The notes under the pieces: model-generated
The model's input: the letters and a program-made list of their open reading frames with translations, nothing else
Told to the model about the DNA's origin: nothing
Database searches by the model: none
In this document: positions 36,062 through 38,068 of the stretch, piece after piece
How the letters are laid out: the number at the start of each line of letters is the position of its first letter
How positions within the stretch are numbered: position 1 is the first letter of the stretch
Position numbers and translations under genes: made by a program
Assembly: GCA_964582075.1 (NCBI GenBank)
Contig: CAZOQQ010000001.1
Span: forward strand, 1 to 38,068
Direction of reading: 5' to 3'
Source: an uncultured bacterium
GTDB lineage: Bacteria; Fermentibacterota; Fermentibacteria; Fermentibacterales; JCC-6
DNA length: 38,068 bases

Positions 36062-36090
36062 TTGCTGTATTTCTTTCTGAGGATTATTAT
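36062..36090 (+). promoter_or_regulatory. Candidate promoter of the serpin gene
   Basis: TTGCTG (36062-36067), a 17-nt spacer, then TATTAT (36085-36090), 44 nt upstream of the serpin ATG. Confidence 0.3.
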
Positions 36091-36133
36091 CTTTTGTAAA
36101 GTTATTGAAATAACCTGATAATGGAGGTTTTGA

Positions 36134-37393
36134 ATGCGCGGAATGATGATGATTCTAATTTCGGAAGCCTTTTTATTCGGAATATCCGGATGCTCGGCAC
36201 AGAATACTCCGGCAGTTTCATCATCGAATGATCCCGGATTTACCGATTCCTCCGTCACCGGGGCGGACATGACAGAACTCGCGAACGACAACAGCGCTTT
36301 CGCGTTCGACCTGTACAAGGCCCTCGGAGACAGTGATGAAAATATATTCTTCTCCCCTTACAGTGTTTCCGCAGCGCTGGCTATGACTTATGCCGGCGCC
36401 AGGGAAAACACCAAGAGTGAAATGACCGAAGTTCTTAAATTCACTCTTCCGGATAACCTGCTTCATCCCTCCTTCAACCTTCTGGACAGCAGCCTTTCGG
36501 CCTGTGCCGATGAGGACAGCACATTCAGCCTTCATATCGTCAACGCTCTGTGGGGACAGACCGGTTACACTTTCCTGCCCGAATTCCTGGAGATTCTTTC
36601 CGCAAATTACGGCGCCGGAATCAGGCTGCTGGATTTCCCGAGCGACCCCGAACAATGCCGGGAAACGATAAACGACTGGGTCGCGGAACAGACACTCAGT
36701 AAAATCGAAGATCTTATCCCTCCGGGAATTCTTTCAGCAGCGACAAAGCTGGTTCTCACCAATGCCATATACTTCAACGCGGAGTGGCTTTTCCAGTTCC
36801 AGGAATCTCTTACATATCGTCAACCGTTCAGCCTGATCGATGGAGAACAAATAGATGTTCCAATGATGAACCAGACGGAACACTTTGAAATGGCCAGAGG
36901 TGACGGCTACATTGCCGTAGAGCTGCCGTACAGCAACGGCAGAATGTCCATGCTCATAATACTGCCGGAGCTTAACCGCTTCTCGGAAATCGAGGGCAGC
37001 CTGGATAACGATTTTATCGATGAGATAACAGGCAGTCTCACCAACGCCAACCTCCATCTCAGCATGCCCAGATTTGAAAACGTATCGGCGTTTCAACTGG
37101 AGGATATTCTCGCGAAGATGGGTATGCCGTCAGCTTTTGGACCATCGGCTGATTTCTCGGGCATGGACGGTACAGGTTCACTTTACATAGCCAGTGTGAT
37201 TCACAAAGCCTTCGTCTCCGTTGATGAAAACGGAACCGAGGCTGCAGCCGCTACCGCTGTTGTCATGAACAGACTTGGTGGTGTAGACCCCGCTGTCGAA
37301 TTCGCCGTTAACCATCCCTTCATCTACCTTATCCGGGATCGCGATACCGGAACAATTCTATTCATGGGCCGCGTTATGAACCCCCTTGAATAA
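36134..37393 (+). CDS. Serpin-family protease inhibitor, predicted lipoprotein
   Basis: GGAGG RBS 6 nt upstream. Lipobox ISGC (Cys20). SPYSVSAALAMTYAGARENT, NAIYFNAEW, the hinge/RCL DENGTEAAAATAVVMNRLGG (37226-37282) and the C-terminal NHPFIYLIRDRDTGTILFMGRVMNP. Confidence 0.9.
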   Translation: MRGMMMILISEAFLFGISGCSAQNTPAVSSSNDPGFTDSSVTGADMTELANDNSAFAFDLYKALGDSDENIFFSPYSVSAALAMTYAGARENTKSEMTEVLKFTLPDNLLHPSFNLLDSSLSACADEDSTFSLHIVNALWGQTGYTFLPEFLEILSANYGAGIRLLDFPSDPEQCRETINDWVAEQTLSKIEDLIPPGILSAATKLVLTNAIYFNAEWLFQFQESLTYRQPFSLIDGEQIDVPMMNQTEHFEMARGDGYIAVELPYSNGRMSMLIILPELNRFSEIEGSLDNDFIDEITGSLTNANLHLSMPRFENVSAFQLEDILAKMGMPSAFGPSADFSGMDGTGSLYIASVIHKAFVSVDENGTEAAAATAVVMNRLGGVDPAVEFAVNHPFIYLIRDRDTGTILFMGRVMNPLE

Positions 37394-37534
37394 CCACGCG
37401 GACCCTATGTGTAAAGATTTCTTTATAACTTCGATATCAAGCCACAAACTAATCCGGGCGTATTGCCTCACGGGAAAATGTTACCGGACTCACAATCCGC
37501 CCCTGCACACCTCTGAAACCGGAGGTTGTGTACT

Positions 37535-37926
37535 TCATCTGATTAGTTCCGGTATTTTTGAAGCGGCGTAAAGCGGAATACGGAGAACTCCGCCTGCTGC
37601 CGCGAAATTCCAGCCGCCGAGTTTTATGGACAGATCCGGCTTGTATTTCATTCTGAAAACTGAAAGAGATTTTGAACGGGTGTTTCGTCCGGATTTAACC
37701 TCGACAGGAACGGCGCCAGAGCTGCCATCAAGCAGGAATTCTATTTCTGAGTTTCTTTCTGCCCAGCTGGGAAGGATGCGGCAAACAGCTCTTTAAGAAG
37801 ATAGGTCTTTCCTGACTGTCTCACACCCTTTAATAGAAGAGGCTTTCTCTCCGGATTTGCTTTCCACTGCTGTAATTATCGTTCTGCCTTGCGTTTAATG
37901 GCTTAACTACGCTGGTACAATTCCAT
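37535..37926 (-). pseudogene. Decayed remnant of an AAA-ATPase (AAA_14/DUF4143-type, COG1373-like) gene
   Basis: The minus strand reads MELYQRS*AIKRKAER*LQQWKANPERKPLLLKGVRQSGKTYLLKELF..., a Walker A context interrupted by two in-frame TAA stops. After a stop and a frame change it reads EFLLDGSSGAVPVEVKSGRNTRSKSLSVFRMKYKPDLSIKLG...LRIPLYAASKI*, the typical C-terminus of this family. Most of the protein is missing: only ~130 codons remain, whereas intact members, as I recall, are roughly 400 aa. Confidence 0.6.
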
Positions 37927-37953
37927 TTTGTCATCACAAAAGGTGTAGGATTT

Positions 37954-38001
37954 TCAACTTTTTGCAGGGAAAAAGTATGAAATCTATCAACTTTTTGCAG
38001 G
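37954..38001. repeat. Two copies of a 15-bp direct repeat TCAACTTTTTGCAGG, 33 bp apart
   Basis: Exact copies at 37954-37968 and 37987-38001, just upstream (minus-strand sense) of the ATPase pseudogene start. Confidence 0.7.
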
Positions 38002-38068
38002 TACATCCCTTAGCCCGGATCCATCACAAGTACTGTATTTAGCCGTTTGAACTGATGATTTCGGTTGG

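Noticed and set aside
36094-36122. TTGTAA-17-GATAAT promoter-like pair next to the serpin start
   Set aside because: The -10 abuts the GGAGG RBS (36123-36127), so a transcript from it would lack the RBS. The upstream TTGCTG/TATTAT pair is more compatible with the gene start.
37484-37499. Anticodon-arm-like stem-loop (CCGGA CTCACAA TCCG) that could suggest a tRNA-Val fragment or att site
   Set aside because: The flanks contain no acceptor stem, no D-arm (no GG/AGCTCA-type sequence) and no T-arm (no GTTCRANYC). It is a chance hairpin.
37954-38001. Whether the 15-bp direct repeats represent a CRISPR array or IS terminal repeats
   Set aside because: There are only two copies of a 15-bp unit with an 18-bp spacer, and no cas or transposase gene is nearby. 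The repeats are direct rather than inverted. They are kept only as a simple repeat.

Overview
Dense, almost fully coding 38-kb chromosomal segment with about 36 genes. Many are joined by 1-11 nt start/stop overlaps. Gene content suggests an uncultivated anaerobic bacterium of the FCB superphylum: T9SS-type/FlgD-Ig-like C-terminal tails, and anaerobe-type oxidative-stress genes (Dfx, Rbr, Hrb). Left to right: (i) the 3' part of a LolD/MacB-like ABC ATPase, coupled to two secreted proteins that look like outer-membrane (OM) barrels, followed by a small DNRLRE-domain protein. (ii) A minus-strand TetR, membrane fusion protein (MFP), RND pump and HAD phosphatase operon. (iii) cca, a nucleoside-recognition membrane protein and a short YigZ/IMPACT protein. 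(iv) A ~17-kb minus-strand surface-glycan locus (11947-29074): Dpm1-like GT2, beta-propeller 2, FemAB-like transferase, GT-C-like membrane protein, GT4-like glycosyltransferase and Wzx, then MurB, an SDR, beta-propeller 1, RmlA, RmlB, UXS, Wza and Wzz. (v) A POTRA-less Omp85 barrel, adenosine deaminase and an orphan XdhC. (vi) A seven-gene PerR-headed oxidative-stress operon (perR, rbr, rbr-like, dfx, ftn, ferritin-like, hrb). (vii) A lipoprotein serpin. (viii) A decayed AAA-ATPase pseudogene with a 15-bp direct repeat at the right edge. I saw no rRNA, tRNA, CRISPR array or intact mobile element. The most interesting observation is that two paralogous secreted beta-propeller proteins with T9SS-like tails are translationally coupled into the glycan operons. 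They sit next to a FemAB/VimA-like transferase and a polyprenyl-P-sugar synthase/GT-C pair. This could be a self-contained module encoding both cargo and its anchor glycan or glycosylation machinery. All family calls rest on motif recognition by eye; no searches were run.
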